A stretch of 64,000 bases of DNA from Glaucostegus cemiculus (Eukaryota): the NCBI GenBank assembly GCA_976551045.1, contig CDPCPM010000073.1, positions 28,830,001 to 28,894,000 of the forward strand, in the 5' to 3' direction. The position numbers and the translations under genes are program-made. The notes below the pieces were generated by a model. That model had not been told where the DNA came from. It did no database searches and saw only the letters and a program-made list of their open reading frames with translations. How positions within the stretch are numbered: position 1 is the first letter of the stretch; every line of letters begins with the position of its first letter. Shown one piece after another: positions 1 to 13,147 of the stretch.

Positions 1-1389
1 GATTTGCATTCAGCTAACAGCATCATCGATCTATACAAAAATGTGAAATCCAGGACTAGTATTTAAATCAAGTGTGAGGCCTTCTAATAAAAGCATGTGA
101 ACAAAGTATTGAAGGACACAGCAGACACCTTCAGAGCTAAGTTTAAACAGGTCATGATATAATATGTAAATCTTGGTCTTTACTACAAACCCTGTTAGAA
201 AAAAATCGCCAATACTCTTTTTCAGAAAGGAGTTTTGAGTAATTCCTTTGGTTCACCTTATGCTTTTTTTTGTATTAGTGGGTTGCTCAAACATCATTCA
301 GAATGGTCTCCCCAAATATTTCACCAAATTTTCAGTGATGGTTTTCTAGCTCCCTCCACTTTTTCAACAAGTACATATCTTGCCTAAATTCTATTTTACT
401 TTGCCATGCTTCAAACAAATCAAGAACTCAACAGTTGAAATTTAATAGATAGTAAGTGTGATGCTTTTATGCAGTATGTGCTGTTTAAAATTTTGATTCA
501 TTATAGATTTGGTTTGAAGTTAATTGCTTTCTTCTAAAGAAATTGACCCTCATAAGGACATTCAAAGAATACTACAACAAAAATACAGCAATGTGATATC
601 AATTTGAAATAGTTTGAAGACTTGAGAGCAATACAGGATTTTTGAGTATTGAATCTGTTGTGATTGCCAGCTATGTCCAAGTTTTATTTTTGGAAATGCC
701 ATAACTTTTGACAGTGAGCAACTTGCGTTAATTATACACAGGAGGGATTTAAGTCACCAAGTGTGGTGTCCACAAAATATCTGGACAGCATTGTTAAATA
801 TCAAGAAAGTGAAAATCCAAGTTTTCAAATTGGAAAAAATAGGCAGAAATAATTGTGGCATAGAATTACCACATAAATGCTAACAATATATTACGTCAAA
901 TATTACTTGGGTCAAGAATACTGAGTGTTTTTAATGTCATAATGTTCACAAAAGTGGACTAAGCTTTTGTAAAGCCATTCAGCTAAAGGTTGCTTGGAGA
1001 CAGTTCAGCTGCTTTCAATTTAAGGTCCATTCAATGCCACGCTCTCTGACAGTGCATAGCACGAAGTAAAAGAAAATCCATTTATTCAATGGTATAATTG
1101 AGAACAGAATGCTTAGGTGCACTTGTACAAGATCTTTTCATGTCTGCACCTTTTCGTCCTACTCCACCTAACTGGATAAAACATTAAGTGACTACATTAA
1201 AAGCTCAAAATACAAACCTCATGCCCACCCTCAATTTAGTCCTTGGCAGGCTTACAGCCAACTACTGATTGACCACATTTGGCACAAAATAGCACTATGT
1301 GAGGTAGCTAGAACAAGAGCAAATCAAAATTTTTTGGAATGTGGAATATGAAGAAATGAAAGATTATTAGTTTCTGAGGTTCATTAAGG

Positions 1390-1760
1390 CTGTGGCTGTA
1401 CTGAGGTTGTTACTGGATTAGAATTCAAAGGCCTGGTTGTGAATCCAGAGATCTAAATTCAGTGGATCCAGTGATCTGAGTTCAAATCCCAGCACAACAG
1501 CTGCTATATTTAAATTCTAGTACCTACATATGGCTAAAAAGATCAATATTATCATTGATTTTGAAAACCATTAGATTACTGTAAAGATCCATCTTGCTCC
1601 CTTATCTTCCCTAGTGAAGTAAATACATGATCCTCACTTGATTTGACCTAAATTGCATTCAGGCCCACAGTAATGTGATTGACTCTTAGCTGGCCTCTGA
1701 AGTGGCACAGTTCAGAAGGCTGTTCAAATGGACGGTCTTGCTAATGACATCTGTGATGTC
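1390..1760 (+). mobile_element. Old tRNA-derived chondrichthyan SINE, decayed copy
   Basis: B-box-like GAGTTCAAATCCC near 1478. The body (cccacagtaatgtgattgactctt, gcctctgaagtggc) resembles an abundant shark/ray SINE. A reverse-strand relative lies at 21180-21550. Confidence 0.6.
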
Positions 1761-1780
1761 CAAATGATTATTAAATTAAC

Positions 1781-1885
1781 ATGGAGAGAATAAATGGGAT
1801 TAGTGTTGGTTTAGTGTGAATGGGTGCTTGATGGTTGCTGCAGACTCATTGCACCAAAGGGCCTGTTTCTATCCCTAGTCGCTCT
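1781..1885 (+). mobile_element. 3' fragment of a CR1-tailed SINE or CR1 3'UTR
   Basis: aatgggtgcttgatggttg...aagggcctgtttct matches the CR1-type 3' terminal motif seen in other copies in this window. Confidence 0.6.
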
Positions 1886-2450
1886 GTTGACAACCAATCA
1901 AACAAGTGTAAGAATTGTCATTGTGCAAACAGAGTAAACTGAATTTGTACGGAAGCTTGATTTTGAGGAATACTTGCTGATTCTTGGTACAAGAAGTGCT
2001 ACCATGTCCCATTTCCTAGCAGTGAAATGTCTGTATTCTAGAAAACCCCTGGAATTGGCAAGAAAGTCTTGAAGATTCACATAGAAGTTAATTACATGCA
2101 TTCCATTCTTTAAAAAAATACACAGGATTGAATACAATTCAATTTTAATGCAATTGGAAAGCAATTTTTATTTCTAATTTAAGCACTTGGGTTATTTTTC
2201 AGGTTATACTTTTTAATGCTAAAATGGGAATAGAAATCAGTGGCAAAACTGGTCCAAATGCAAAAATGAGAAACATACCATTCTTATATGGATGGTTGTT
2301 GGGTCAAGAAAAGAAGCAACAGATCTTTAAAAAAGTCAAATTTTAACAAATAGCAACCTGCAATTTTTTTTTAACACAGTTGATCAACATGTCTCGATGG
2401 TAATTCCAAGGTTCCCAGCAATGTATGCTCAGTACTCAGCAAGACTGCAG

Positions 2451-2555
2451 GGGAGGGAGGACCTATACTGCAAGGATGGGTTACACCTCAACTCAAAAGG
2501 GTCCAGAGTCCTGGCGGGATTGTTTAACATAGCTGTTGGGGAAGGTTTAAACTAA
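2451..2555 (+). pseudogene. CR1 ORF1 C-terminus (SGNH esterase-like)
   Basis: Translates GREDLYCKDGLHLNSKGSRVLAGLFNIAVGEGLN*. DGLHL is the D-x-x-H catalytic motif of SGNH hydrolases found in CR1 ORF1. Confidence 0.85.
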
Positions 2556-2638
2556 TCAAGCAGGGGGATGGGACCCAGAATACTAGGGTAAAAGTAGATA
2601 GAGAAAGGCAGGAGTTAAATAAAAATAGGTCCTAGTTA

Positions 2639-5600
2639 GTGCGTGATAAGGATGGCAAGACGGACAGGCAGGTGATTAATCAGGGTAACATGCTGAATGA
2701 CAATAGTACAGTAAATGAGGATGTTAGGACACAGGATGTTAGACTAGAGTTGGAGGCAAATAAAAAGAAGTCCATGATAGTGAGCAGTCAGGATAGAAAG
2801 AAGGGCAAGGAAATGAAAATTAAGGATAAGTTGCTGAAAAAAGGAAGCGCAACAAAATCAACAGTGGTTAATGAGCTAAAGGTATTATACTTAAATGCAC
2901 GTAGCATCAGGAACAAGGCAGATGACCTAGTAGCACAGCTGCAGATTAATAAATATGACATTGTGGCAATCACTGAGTCGTGGCTGCATGATGGATGTGA
3001 CTGGGAGCTCAATGTCCAGGGGTACACAGTGTATAGGAAGGATAGGCGGGAAGGTAGAGGGGGTGGTGTGGCCATGATGGTTAGTAATGAGATAAAAATC
3101 AATAGAAAGGAAGGACATTAGGTCAGATGAAGTGGAAACTTTATGGGTGGAGCTAAGGAATAGCAAGAGTAAGAGGACAGTTGTAGCTGTTGTATATAGG
3201 CCCCCTAATAGCAATCAGGAGGTAGACCATAAGTTGCGGTTAGAGATAGAAAAGGCATGTCAGAGTGACAATGTTAAGATAATTATGGGTGACTTTAACA
3301 TGAAGGTGGACTGGGAAACCCAGCAAGGCAGCAGTTCTCAGGAGAGCGAGTTTGTTGAATGTTTACGGGACGGCGTTTTGGAACAACTTGTTGATGAGCC
3401 CACCAGGGGATCGGCTGTTTTGGATTGGGTGTTGTGTAATGAACCGGAGGTGATTAGAGAACTAAGGGTAAAGGAACCATTAGGAGCTAGTGACCATAAT
3501 ATGATTGAGTTCAGAATGAAATTTGAAAAGGAGAAGCTGATGACTGGGGTGTCGACATTTCAGTGGAACAAGGGGAATTACAGAAGGATGAGAGAAGAGT
3601 TGGCCCAGATTGATTGGAAATATAAGCTCGCTGGAGGGACAGCAGAACATAAATGGGTGGAATTTAAGCAAGTAATAAGGAAAATGCAGGACAGACACAT
3701 TCCAAGAAAAAAGAAGGTTTTAAATGGAAAAAGGGCACAAATGTGGATAACGAGAGAGGTGAAAGCTAAAATAAGAGCAAAAGGGAGGGCATATAAGGTA
3801 GCAAGAAAAAGCGGGAAAACAGAAGACTGGGAAACTTTTAAGAACCTACAGAAAGAAACTAAGAAGGTCATTAGAAAAAGAAATTATGAAATGAAATTGG
3901 CAGAAAACATTCAAAAGGATACTAAGAGTTTTTTTAAATATATAAGAAGTAAAAGAGAGACGCGGGTTGATATAGGACCGATAGAAAATGATGCAGGAGA
4001 GATTATTATGGATGATAAAGAGATGGCGGAGGTGCTAAATCAGTATTTTGCGTCGGTCTTCACGGTTGAAGATATTAACAATATACCGGTTAGTCAAAGG
4101 TCTCGAGGGACGGAATTAAGGACAGTTAAGGTTACTAGAGAGAAAGTGTTGGGGAAGCTAAATGGGTTAAAGACTGATGTCTCCGGGACCGGATGAGATA
4201 CATCCCCGTGTACTGAAGGAAGTAGCTTTAGAAATAGTGGAGGCATTAGTGATAATTTTTCAGGAATTGATAGACGCTGGAGAGGTTCCGGAGGACTGGA
4301 GGGTCGCGAATGTAGTTCCATTGTATAAGAAAGGTGGGAAACAGCACAAAGGAAATTACAGACCTATCAGTCTTACGTCTGTGGTGGGGAAGATACTAGA
4401 ATCGATCCTCAAGGATGAGGTGATGGGATACCTGGAGGTGCAAGGCAAGATAGGTCCTAGTCAACATGGGTTCGTGAAGGGAAGATCCTGCCTGACCAAT
4501 TTATTGGAGTTTTTTGAAGAAATCTCAGGCAGGGTGGACAAGGGAGAGGCCGTAGATGTAGTGTATTTAGACTTTCAGAAGGCATTCGACAAGGTGCCGC
4601 ACAAAAGACTAATTAGTAAGATGAGAGATCACGGAATAACTGGCAGGATAACAGAATGGGTGGAGAGTTGGCTGGATGGCAGGAAACAGAGGGTGGGAAT
4701 AAAAGGATCCTGTTCTGATTGGCTGCCGGTTACTAGTGGTGTTCCGCAGGGGTCGGTGTTGGGGCCCCTTCTTTTTACCTTGTATATTAATGATTTAGAC
4801 GAAGGAGTTAATGGGTTTGTGGCCAAGTCTGCAGATGACACTAAGATTGGGGGGGGAGTGGAGAGTATTGAGGAGACAGGAAAGTTACAGAGAGACTTGG
4901 ATATTCTAGGAGAATGGGCGAAGAAATGGCAGATGAGGTTCAACGTGGAAAAATGTGCAGTTGTACACTTCGGAAGTAGAAATGGACGGGCAGACTATTA
5001 TCTAGAAGGAGATAAAATTGGAAGCACAGAAGTACAAAGGGACTTAGGGGTGCTCGTACAGGATAACCTAAAGGTTAACCGCCAGGTTGGATCGGCAGTA
5101 AGGAAAGCAAATGCTATGTTGGCATTTATTTTGAGGGGTATAGTATATAAAAGCAAGGAAGTGTTGATGAGGCTATACGGGGTGCTGGTGAGGCCTCACT
5201 TGGAGTACTGTGTGCAGTTTTGGGCCCCATACCTTAGGAAGGATGTGCTGATGTTGGAGAGGGTTCAGAGGAGATTTACTAGGATGATTACTGGGATAAA
5301 AAAGTTTACATATGATGAGCGACTGTCGTCATTTGGAGTGTACTCGTTGGAGTACAGAAGAATGAGAGGGGACCTAATAGAAACATACAAGATGTTGAAA
5401 GGAATGGACCAAGTGAATGTGGTCAAGCTGTTTCCCTTGGTGGGGGAATCCAGGACTAGAGGACACAACCTTAGAATTAGAGGAAGCAGGTTCAAAACAG
5501 AGATAAGGAGGAATTTCTTCAGCCAGAGGGTGGTGAACCTGTGGAACTCCTTACCACAGAAAGCAGTGGAAGCCAGATCATTGGGGATATTCAAGAAGGA

Positions 5601-5667
5601 AATAGATAGATATCTAATTGGTCAAGGTATCAAGGGATATGGAGATAAGGCAGGGATTTGGACTTAG
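2639..5667 (+). pseudogene. CR1 ORF2 (endonuclease + reverse transcriptase), frameshifted
   Basis: EN motifs YLNARSI, ITESW, YRPP, GDFN, SDH. RT motifs PGPD, YRPISL, QHGF, DFQKAFD, GVPQGSVLGP, with SADD in place of FADD. Split by frameshifts near 3110 and 4180 into ORFs 2639-3121, 3132-4196 and 4177-5667. Confidence 0.95.
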
Positions 5668-6352
5668 AATAGTTTTTTTTTCTTATCCTCTTTTTTTCCC
5701 CACCCTCCCTTCCCTTTGGAGCAGACTCGATGGGCCGACTGGTCTGCTTCTGCTCCATTATCTTGTGATCTTGTGAACTCTTTGACCTAGTAACCTTCCT
5801 ACATGAGTATTTCTGTGCACTATACTTCTATAATTTTGCAGTTACTGCAAAGACATAACTGCCAAGCAACTATTTTAGCTCTTTTATAGAGAAAGGATTT
5901 CTGCTGATTAGAACTATTATTTCATATCCTCGATCAGTTTAAGAAAAATCAATGCTTAAAAGCACAAGTTAACACAACTCTCTGTTGCACATAGTACTAA
6001 GCCATGTGTATCATAACAAAGCACATTGAACACAAGTATTATAACTCAATTTTCACAGTGATGTCACCAAAGTAAACTTGAGAACTAATCTGATTTTTCT
6101 CCACAAAAAATTGGGAAAATTCTGGGATTTATATGTGAAAATTGGAAGAAAATAATTTGAACTTTGATTTGGAAATAATGATATGAGTGATTCTGAATTT
6201 GCTAAAATAGGTTATTTTTCTAAACTGATAAGGTACATGATGTCCTACAAACTTTGCAGTTTCTTAAACTGACAAACAGGCAAATACATTTTCCACAATA
6301 GCCTTATTTGTAGATGCAATCACTGCAGATGCCCTTGTTCTTAGACAAAGCT

Positions 6353-7565
6353 ATAGAGTTTTACAGCGCAAGAACCTTCAGCCCAACTCATCCAAGCTGA
6401 CCTGCCACCATCTATGCTAATCTCATTTATGTGCATTCGGCCCATATCCCTCTGCTCACTTCCTGTACAAGTACCTGTCCAAATACCATTAAACATTGGA
6501 ATTGTACCTGCCTCTATCACTTCTGTTGGCAGCTTGTTCTATAAAACCACCACACTCTGTGGAAACTCTTGACCCTCAGAACTCCTTTAATTTTTTTCCC
6601 TTTTACTTTGAACCTATGTCCTTTAATTTTAGACTCCCCTACGTGAGGAAATAGGGTCAATATTCAGATGCTATCTATGGCTCTCATAAATTAATAAACC
6701 TCTTTATAAAGTCACCCCTCATCCTCCAACATTCCATTGAGAATAAACCCAACCTATCTAATCTTTCCTTATAACTACAGCCCTCCATTCCAGGCAGTGT
6801 CCTGGTGAATCTTTTCTGCATTCTCTCTCATGTTATCACATCCTTCCTGTAGGGTGGTGACCAGAACTGTACACAATACTCCAAGTGCGGCCTGACCAAT
6901 GTTTTGCACAGCCGCAACATGACATCTCAACTCTTATACCCAGTGCCTCGGCCTATGAATGCAAGCATGCCAAATGCCTCCTTCACCACCCTATCCACCT
7001 GTGTCGCCCTTTTCGAAGAGCCATGAACTTGCACTATGAAGTCCCTCTGTATTTTAACGCCCCTGAGGTCCCTGCCATTAACTGCATATGTCCTGTTAGT
7101 ACTTGATCTCCCAGAATGAATTACCTCACACTTACATGAATTAAATTCCATCTGTGACCGCTCTGCCCAACATTCCAGCTGATCTGTGTCCATCTGTATC
7201 CTTTCATAACATTCTTTACTATCTACAAATCCACCAGTTTTTGTGTCATCAGCAAACTTACTATGTCCACCTACATTCTCTACTAGTTATGACAATGGTC
7301 CCAGCACTGATCCCTGTGGTACACAACTTGTTACAGACTTTCAGTCAGAGGGTCACTATCCTCTGCCTTCTGTCACCAAACCAATTTTGGATTTAGTTTG
7401 CCAATACACCTTGGGTCCCATGTGCACTTTCTGGACCTACTTACCATGCGGGACTTTGTGAAATGCCTTGCTAGAATCCATGTAAACCATGTCCCCTGCC
7501 CTGTCTTCATAGGATTTCCCCTGCCCAAAGCCATATTGACTCCTAATCAGTCCCTGCTTTTCCAT
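6353..7565 (-). mobile_element. CR1 LINE, 5'-truncated, decayed
   Basis: Minus-strand ORF 6927-7193 (WAERSQMEFNSCKCEVIH...GMLAFI) is homologous to the RT C-terminal region of the 4177-5667 ORF. CR1 3'UTR at the left end. Confidence 0.9.
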
Positions 7566-8520
7566 GTGACTTTTGTATCATGGATATCCTTGGGTACAGT
7601 CCTCTCCCTTAAACAACAATAGAAGAAGTTAAAGGAGATGTTGCAAGAGGCCTTGCTTTGAGTTTGTATGGAATTGCATTCTAGCCTAGGGCTTTGCCTG
7701 TAGAAAGCAAGGTGATAATTTTATTAAGCATCTCAATTAGGTGCAGTGTCTACCTCTTCCATTACAGGCCGAGTCTATGGTGTTAGATCCTCCTCACTGC
7801 TGACATTTTCCACGGGTTACAACTTGAGGCAGTGCTCCACCCATTTCTTCATTTCCTTTCAATTGTTGATGACTGTGCCATTTTCAATGGAGCTATTTTC
7901 TCTGCTGATGGCCTTGTTGTCTCTTTAAGTGGATCTAGCACTTCATGTCTCAGAGGACAATGGGATGCTCTGACAGAGCTGCACCCCACTTTTGTGAATG
8001 CAGCACCCAGCAGTCCGTGAGACATTATCAGTCTTCTTATTTGTGTTCCCTTATGTAGTTGATGAGGGCAAATTGCTGAGTTTCAATGATAGTTTCATGA
8101 CAGCAATGGTGAATAGATCAGTCTGCATTTTTCCATCTTGTTCTCTATATTTTGAGAGTGTGGTGTCATAAATAGGATTTCAAATTTAATTCCATCTCAC
8201 TTCTGCACTCTGTGTGGGAATACCCAAGAGCACTTGCTCCAGAGATGGGTCTTCTGGGTTTTATCTGGGTAGGCTACATCTTGTCTGGGTACAAACCAGG
8301 GAGTGATTTATGCCATAATCTGGCACTGTAATAGATGTTGGTATTGAGAATGTTGTTAAGAAAGTAACATTGCATAATGACCAGATCCATTTTCTGCCAG
8401 TCTCCTGACCTTGGATGTCTCCAGGGATGGACTGGAATATTGACTGGGGCTGATACTGCTGATGTTGTTGCTGCAGAGTGATTTTGGGACGAAATCTCAC
8501 TTGCATCATATCAGCTGTTA

Positions 8521-8587
8521 TAACTGAGTTCCTCCAGCATTTTGTTTGTTGCTCCAGATTCCAGCATTTGCAGTCTCTTGTGTCTCC
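8521..8587 (+). mobile_element. Penelope-like terminal-repeat fragment
   Basis: ctgagttcctccagcattttg...ttccagcatttgcagtctcttgtgtctc. The same motif family recurs at 13148, 49000, 54886, 55785 and 63510. Confidence 0.6.
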
Positions 8588-9029
8588 AGGCTGCTATAAC
8601 TTGATATAATTGCTGCAGTTTATGGGGATTCTTTGTAATCTTGCTTTTCATATTGCTGTAAAGCTAGAGTTAGTGAATATTTTGAAGATTAGTGTACATA
8701 CAGGTAGATTATTAAAATGTCTTGAGCATGTAGAGAAAATAATCCACAAGTCTAAATGATGCTGGCTTTTGTGACTGAAGAAGATACAGAGTCTGCAGTA
8801 GCTGTACATAACCGCAGTCAGAGCAGTCCCCAGAGTGTTGAGAGCAGTTCTGAGGACCACATATTTAAAGGGATATATTGGCTTTGGAGGAAATGCTTTA
8901 TAGATTTAACAGTCTAAGTGGACATCAAGAGTTAGATTGCAAGGAGAGATTATAACAACTTGGTGTGGAAGTTAGTAAATATAACTTTGTATAAGAATGG
9001 AGGCAAAGAAATGAGAGGGAAATTGTCAA

Positions 9030-9900
9030 GTTGACTTGACATCGATTATCGGTAAAATGCTGGAATCAGTTATAAAGGATGTAGTATCAGAGCACTTGGA
9101 AATTCATAATGTAATTAGGTAGAGCCAGCATGGTTTGTGAAGAGAAAGTCTTTTTTGACAAATCTAAAAATCTTTTTAAGGAAATGACTCTCAGGGTTTC
9201 CATAAGGCATTAAAGTTTTTTACATTAAAAAAAAAGAGTTCATAGTGTTATTAACACATTGGATGAGATCATTTGAACCTTTGGCCAGTTGTTATGTCCT
9301 TTCCTCATTCAGTGCATACAAAAATTCCATACCTCTGAACTGCAGCATGGAATATTGAAGCTGGAAGTCACCCTGAACTGAGGGCCAGATAGACTTAATC
9401 TTTCATTCCTTATCTTTAATCTTACAATTAATGTACATAGTCTAAAATTTTCCACTACATTTTTTAAAATGTTCAACAGTTTAAAGTTTTTAAGTTAAAT
9501 CAAACTGTTTCCAGATGTTCTGGTCATCAAAGACACGGGCAGGTGAAAAAGCCTTTAACAGCACCATATGTCAGAAAGTCCTCAGGGTGGTCTGGCACTG
9601 CATCTTGAATACTGCCACCTGAGGCCTAGTCAAAGAATATGGGACAGCCATACCAATGAAGCCTTGAGGACTTCAGGAGATGTGGTTACAGAGGTAAGTG
9701 GCACTGGGAGAGGTGTATTCGAGGCACAAGCTCTTAACAGTAGGCTGTGGGTGTTGGCATGGATAGAGAATTGGTTGATGGTTAGAAAACAGTTTGTAGG
9801 AAGAAACTGGGCTTTTTCAGGAAAGCAGACTATGGTTAGTTGTTTGCAATAGAGTTCAGTGCTTGGCCTTCAGCTCTTCACAATTTATGGAATGATTTCA
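9030..9900 (+). mobile_element. Old CR1 RT fragments (9030-9250 and 9745-9900) separated by unrelated sequence
   Basis: ggtaaaatgctggaatc, cagcatggttt and WIENWL-encoding tggatagagaattggttg are collinear with CR1 RT. Confidence 0.65.
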
Positions 9901-10174
9901 GTGAAAAGACAGCATCCTGTATCGAAAGAACCATTCAGCAGATCAAGCAGAATGAGTTCAACCCTGTGAGTAATTATACTGGTGGATGGAATTTAATGTA
10001 TGGAGAATACTTGTATTCTTAAACAGTACCTACTTCAATTAACTGGGTATTTTCTTGAAGTTAAGTTATTGTTTTTATTCATCCAGGGGATTGAGTGTCA
10101 TTGGAAGTTCAACATTTTATGCTATTCCCTAATTGGAGTTGGAATATTTGTGTCCCTTATATGAACAGCAGTAA

Positions 10175-10473
10175 GGCAGGCACAGTAGCAAGGTGGTTAG
10201 CATAATGCTTTACAGTGCCAGCGACCCGGGTTCAAATCCGGCCACTGTCTGTAAGGAGTTTCTATGTTCTCCCCATGTCTGTGTGGGTTTCCTCCAGGTG
10301 CTCTGGTTTCCTCCCACATTCCAAAGAAGTACAGGTTAGGAAGTTATGGGCATGCTATGTTGGCGCCGGAAGCGTGGCAACACTTGTGGGCTGCCCCCCA
10401 AAATCACTACGCAAAAGATGTATTTCACTGTGTGTTTCAATGTACGTGTGACTTATAAAGATCTTATCTTATC
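10175..10473 (+). mobile_element. V-SINE (tRNA head + V domain) with Rex1/Babar-like tail
   Basis: A/B boxes (tagcaaggtgg; gggttcaaatcc), V-domain gtgggtttcctccaggtgctctggtttcctcccaca, tail tttcactgtgtgtttcaatgtacgtgtgac followed by (TATCT)n. Confidence 0.88.
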
Positions 10474-10830
10474 CTTTAACCTGGAAGCAAAGGAAAATTA
10501 GAGGGAGATTCTTCACTGGGTGGTGTGTATCTTGTCATGGCTAGATAGAAATTGATATTGATGTTCAAATTGACAAAGTGCACACAATGATGGAAGGTAA
10601 TAATCTTTCAACAGAATGAAATCTGTAACAGTCGTTTAAGAAGGCAAAAAGAATCATTAGCCACCGAATTTATTGCACAAATTAATTTACATTTTTAAAA
10701 TAAACATCATTACAATTTTTAAGATGATTAGTCTCTAAGCCACAGTGATAAATCTTAATAAATTAAGATATTACACTGGCATCTTTACTTGTGAAATGCT
10801 CCCAAATATAAATAAGTGTTGTCTTTGCAG

Positions 10831-10890
10831 AAGATAATTATGTTTGCTCCCATGTGCCATATTGATATTAATTTGTTAACTGTTGAAGAG
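10831..10890 (+). CDS. Candidate isolated 60-nt coding exon of an unidentified host gene (KIIMFAPMCHIDINLLTVEE)
   Basis: Acceptor gtctttgcag, strong donor GAG/GTAAGA, length divisible by 3, only frame 0 open, unique sequence. Peptide not recognised. Confidence 0.3.
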
Positions 10891-11289
10891 GTAAGATTGA
10901 CTTCAGATTTTTATCCTTCTAAAATAATATTCACTTTTCCAATTCAAATATTTTTTCTTTGTCTCACTAAATCAAATTATTAGATTAAGTCTATCAAAAC
11001 TGAATCTTTTTCATTTGACTACATGCTCAATGTTTATCATTCTCAATTCAGTTCCTCTCTTTTTCCATTTCTCAGTTTTTCATCTGCCAAAGCTTAAAAA
11101 GAAAAGACCATGTAGTTTTCAGACTTGTTTAATTTTTTCCCTGTAATTTTGATTTGGTAATTCTGACTCTCTCGAAGGAACTTAACTGAGCCAGCCATAG
11201 TCAGGCTTGTGGCTGGATGTTTTAAAGCCAGTGACTTACTTCCTAACTACCTAAAGATTTTGTACCAGTCATCAGGCACAATTAAGCAG

Positions 11290-11520
11290 TGTGATTACTT
11301 ATCTGGATGAGTGCAACTTCCAAAACATCCAGGAAGCTCAATGTCATCTGGGACAAATAGCTCTTTTTTGAGCACCTAATCCACCACCCTCAGCATGCAA
11401 GTCCTCCACCACTACCTTAACATTGCTACAGTTTGTAGTCTTTAGAAAATGCATTGCAGCAACTTAGAAAAGCTTCTTTGACCAACATGTTACCACCTAG
11501 GAGAACAAAGGCAGTGTGTA
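11290..11520 (+). mobile_element. Old CR1/L2-superclade LINE 3' coding fragment
   Basis: tggatgagtgcaactt...aagctcaatgtcatctgggacaaa...atgcattgcagcaact resembles the C-terminal ORF2 of a second shark LINE family. Confidence 0.5.
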
Positions 11521-13147
11521 AATTAGTGATAGGTCATCAAGTTCAGTTAACAATTTGTAAAATAAAACTATATCCTAGTACAGTTTTGATTTCCATCCTA
11601 ATAATGATGTAAAGAGTATAACTTTTCCATATAATTCAGATTTAGTTTGGTCACTCAGGATTAGTCATATCTGTTTTTAATATCTTACTTTTGAATTTTG
11701 ATTGAGAATGCCAGATTTTAGTTAAAGAAAAGTGATTGCACATGCATGGAAATAATTCCTTCTATTATAAAATAAATATAGAATCACAGCAGTGCAGTTA
11801 TTCAGTATCCAGGGATCTCAGATCAGATGCTTTATCATCAATTGCCAGATGGCAATACCGAGTGTATATTGCATGTCTGTGATTTAGACGGTCATATGTA
11901 GGACGGAGCTTTGCAGTTTTAAATCCTTTGAGTCCTCAGGCATAAGAGTTGACAATCTGAAACACTTAACTGAACTCTGGATACTTTATCAAGTGTCTGG
12001 GCAATGGTCCCTCTGAGCATTCTGTAAAGCATCTTTGATGTTGCATTGTTTTGTGGTTTTACACTTCAAACATTGACTCACTGAAGAGCATAAAACAATT
12101 GGACCAATAAGATGGAGGATCCAGCTTCAGTGACCCAACATGAAAATTACATAGTTATAGAACTGAATATTTAAAGATGAGGGTTGAACAGATGCAATTT
12201 CTATATAATTTTCATATTGCATTACGTATGTTGTGCTTTGACTTAAAAAATAGCAAAGTAAATATTTGTGAGTTCTGTCTGACATTTAAAAAAAATACAT
12301 TGACCGTACTTGTAATTTATTTTACAGTATATCTGAAGAAAGACAAGTAAAAATTTCCTTAATTTTATCCCCTTTTCTCCTTAAATAATGATTTATTGGG
12401 ACAAAATTCAATTAAGTGCCCTCTATCTGAGCTAAGTGCTTACATGGGAAGTGATATCACCCAGATTCTTGCCTGCATTTCCAAGTATGGACCCTGGAGA
12501 GTGTTTCGGAGTAGAAAATCTTATTGATCTGGCTACAAATTCATCCCCCCTACCTATCCTTACCACCCCCCCCCCCCCCCCCACCACCATTGCTACTTAG
12601 TCTGTGGACTAAAGACAGACCGAAGTGTAAACCTTAAATTTTTTCCATGTTTAAGATGTGGTAGAATTTTCACTGTATGTATAAAAATAAAATGTCCTTT
12701 CTCATGCAGTACTTATGATACATAGGTTGTGTCAAAATGTCAACATGATTTTAAAATGTAATGGGCAGGAAAACGTAACTTACTGCTTTCGAATCACGGC
12801 TTATAATTTGTTGTTTTTGATTGAATCTTTAAAGATTGTTTGCAGTCAGCTTTATTTTGGTTACCAAAATACAATGTTTAAATGGTAATTCAGCTTCAAT
12901 GTTTCTCAGAGGATTTAGAATGAAAAATGTGCATGCAGATTTACAAAAAATGATTATTATGAAGTCCCATCCTTGGCCTGCTGCTGTACAATGTTGTAGT
13001 AGTCATCTTTTCAATGTCTCTCTCATCCTTTGTTCAAAATGAAAAATATGACTTACGCTCTGTCAAATTATGAAAAAAATATTTTCATAAAAGTGATGTG
13101 GTAAATGATATATGATTGGAAAATTCTTCATGTACTGTTAAGCAAAC

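Larger units (their letters stand above)
2449..5776 (+). mobile_element. CR1-clade LINE, 5'-truncated inside ORF1, relatively young
   Basis: ORF1 C-terminus, ORF2 with APE endonuclease and RT, 3'UTR gactcgatgggccga... and a (TCTTGTGA)2 tail ending at 5776. Confidence 0.96.

Noticed and set aside
10175-10250. tRNA gene
   Set aside because: The A/B boxes belong to SINE heads (also 15752 and 22590-22658), with no complete cloverleaf.
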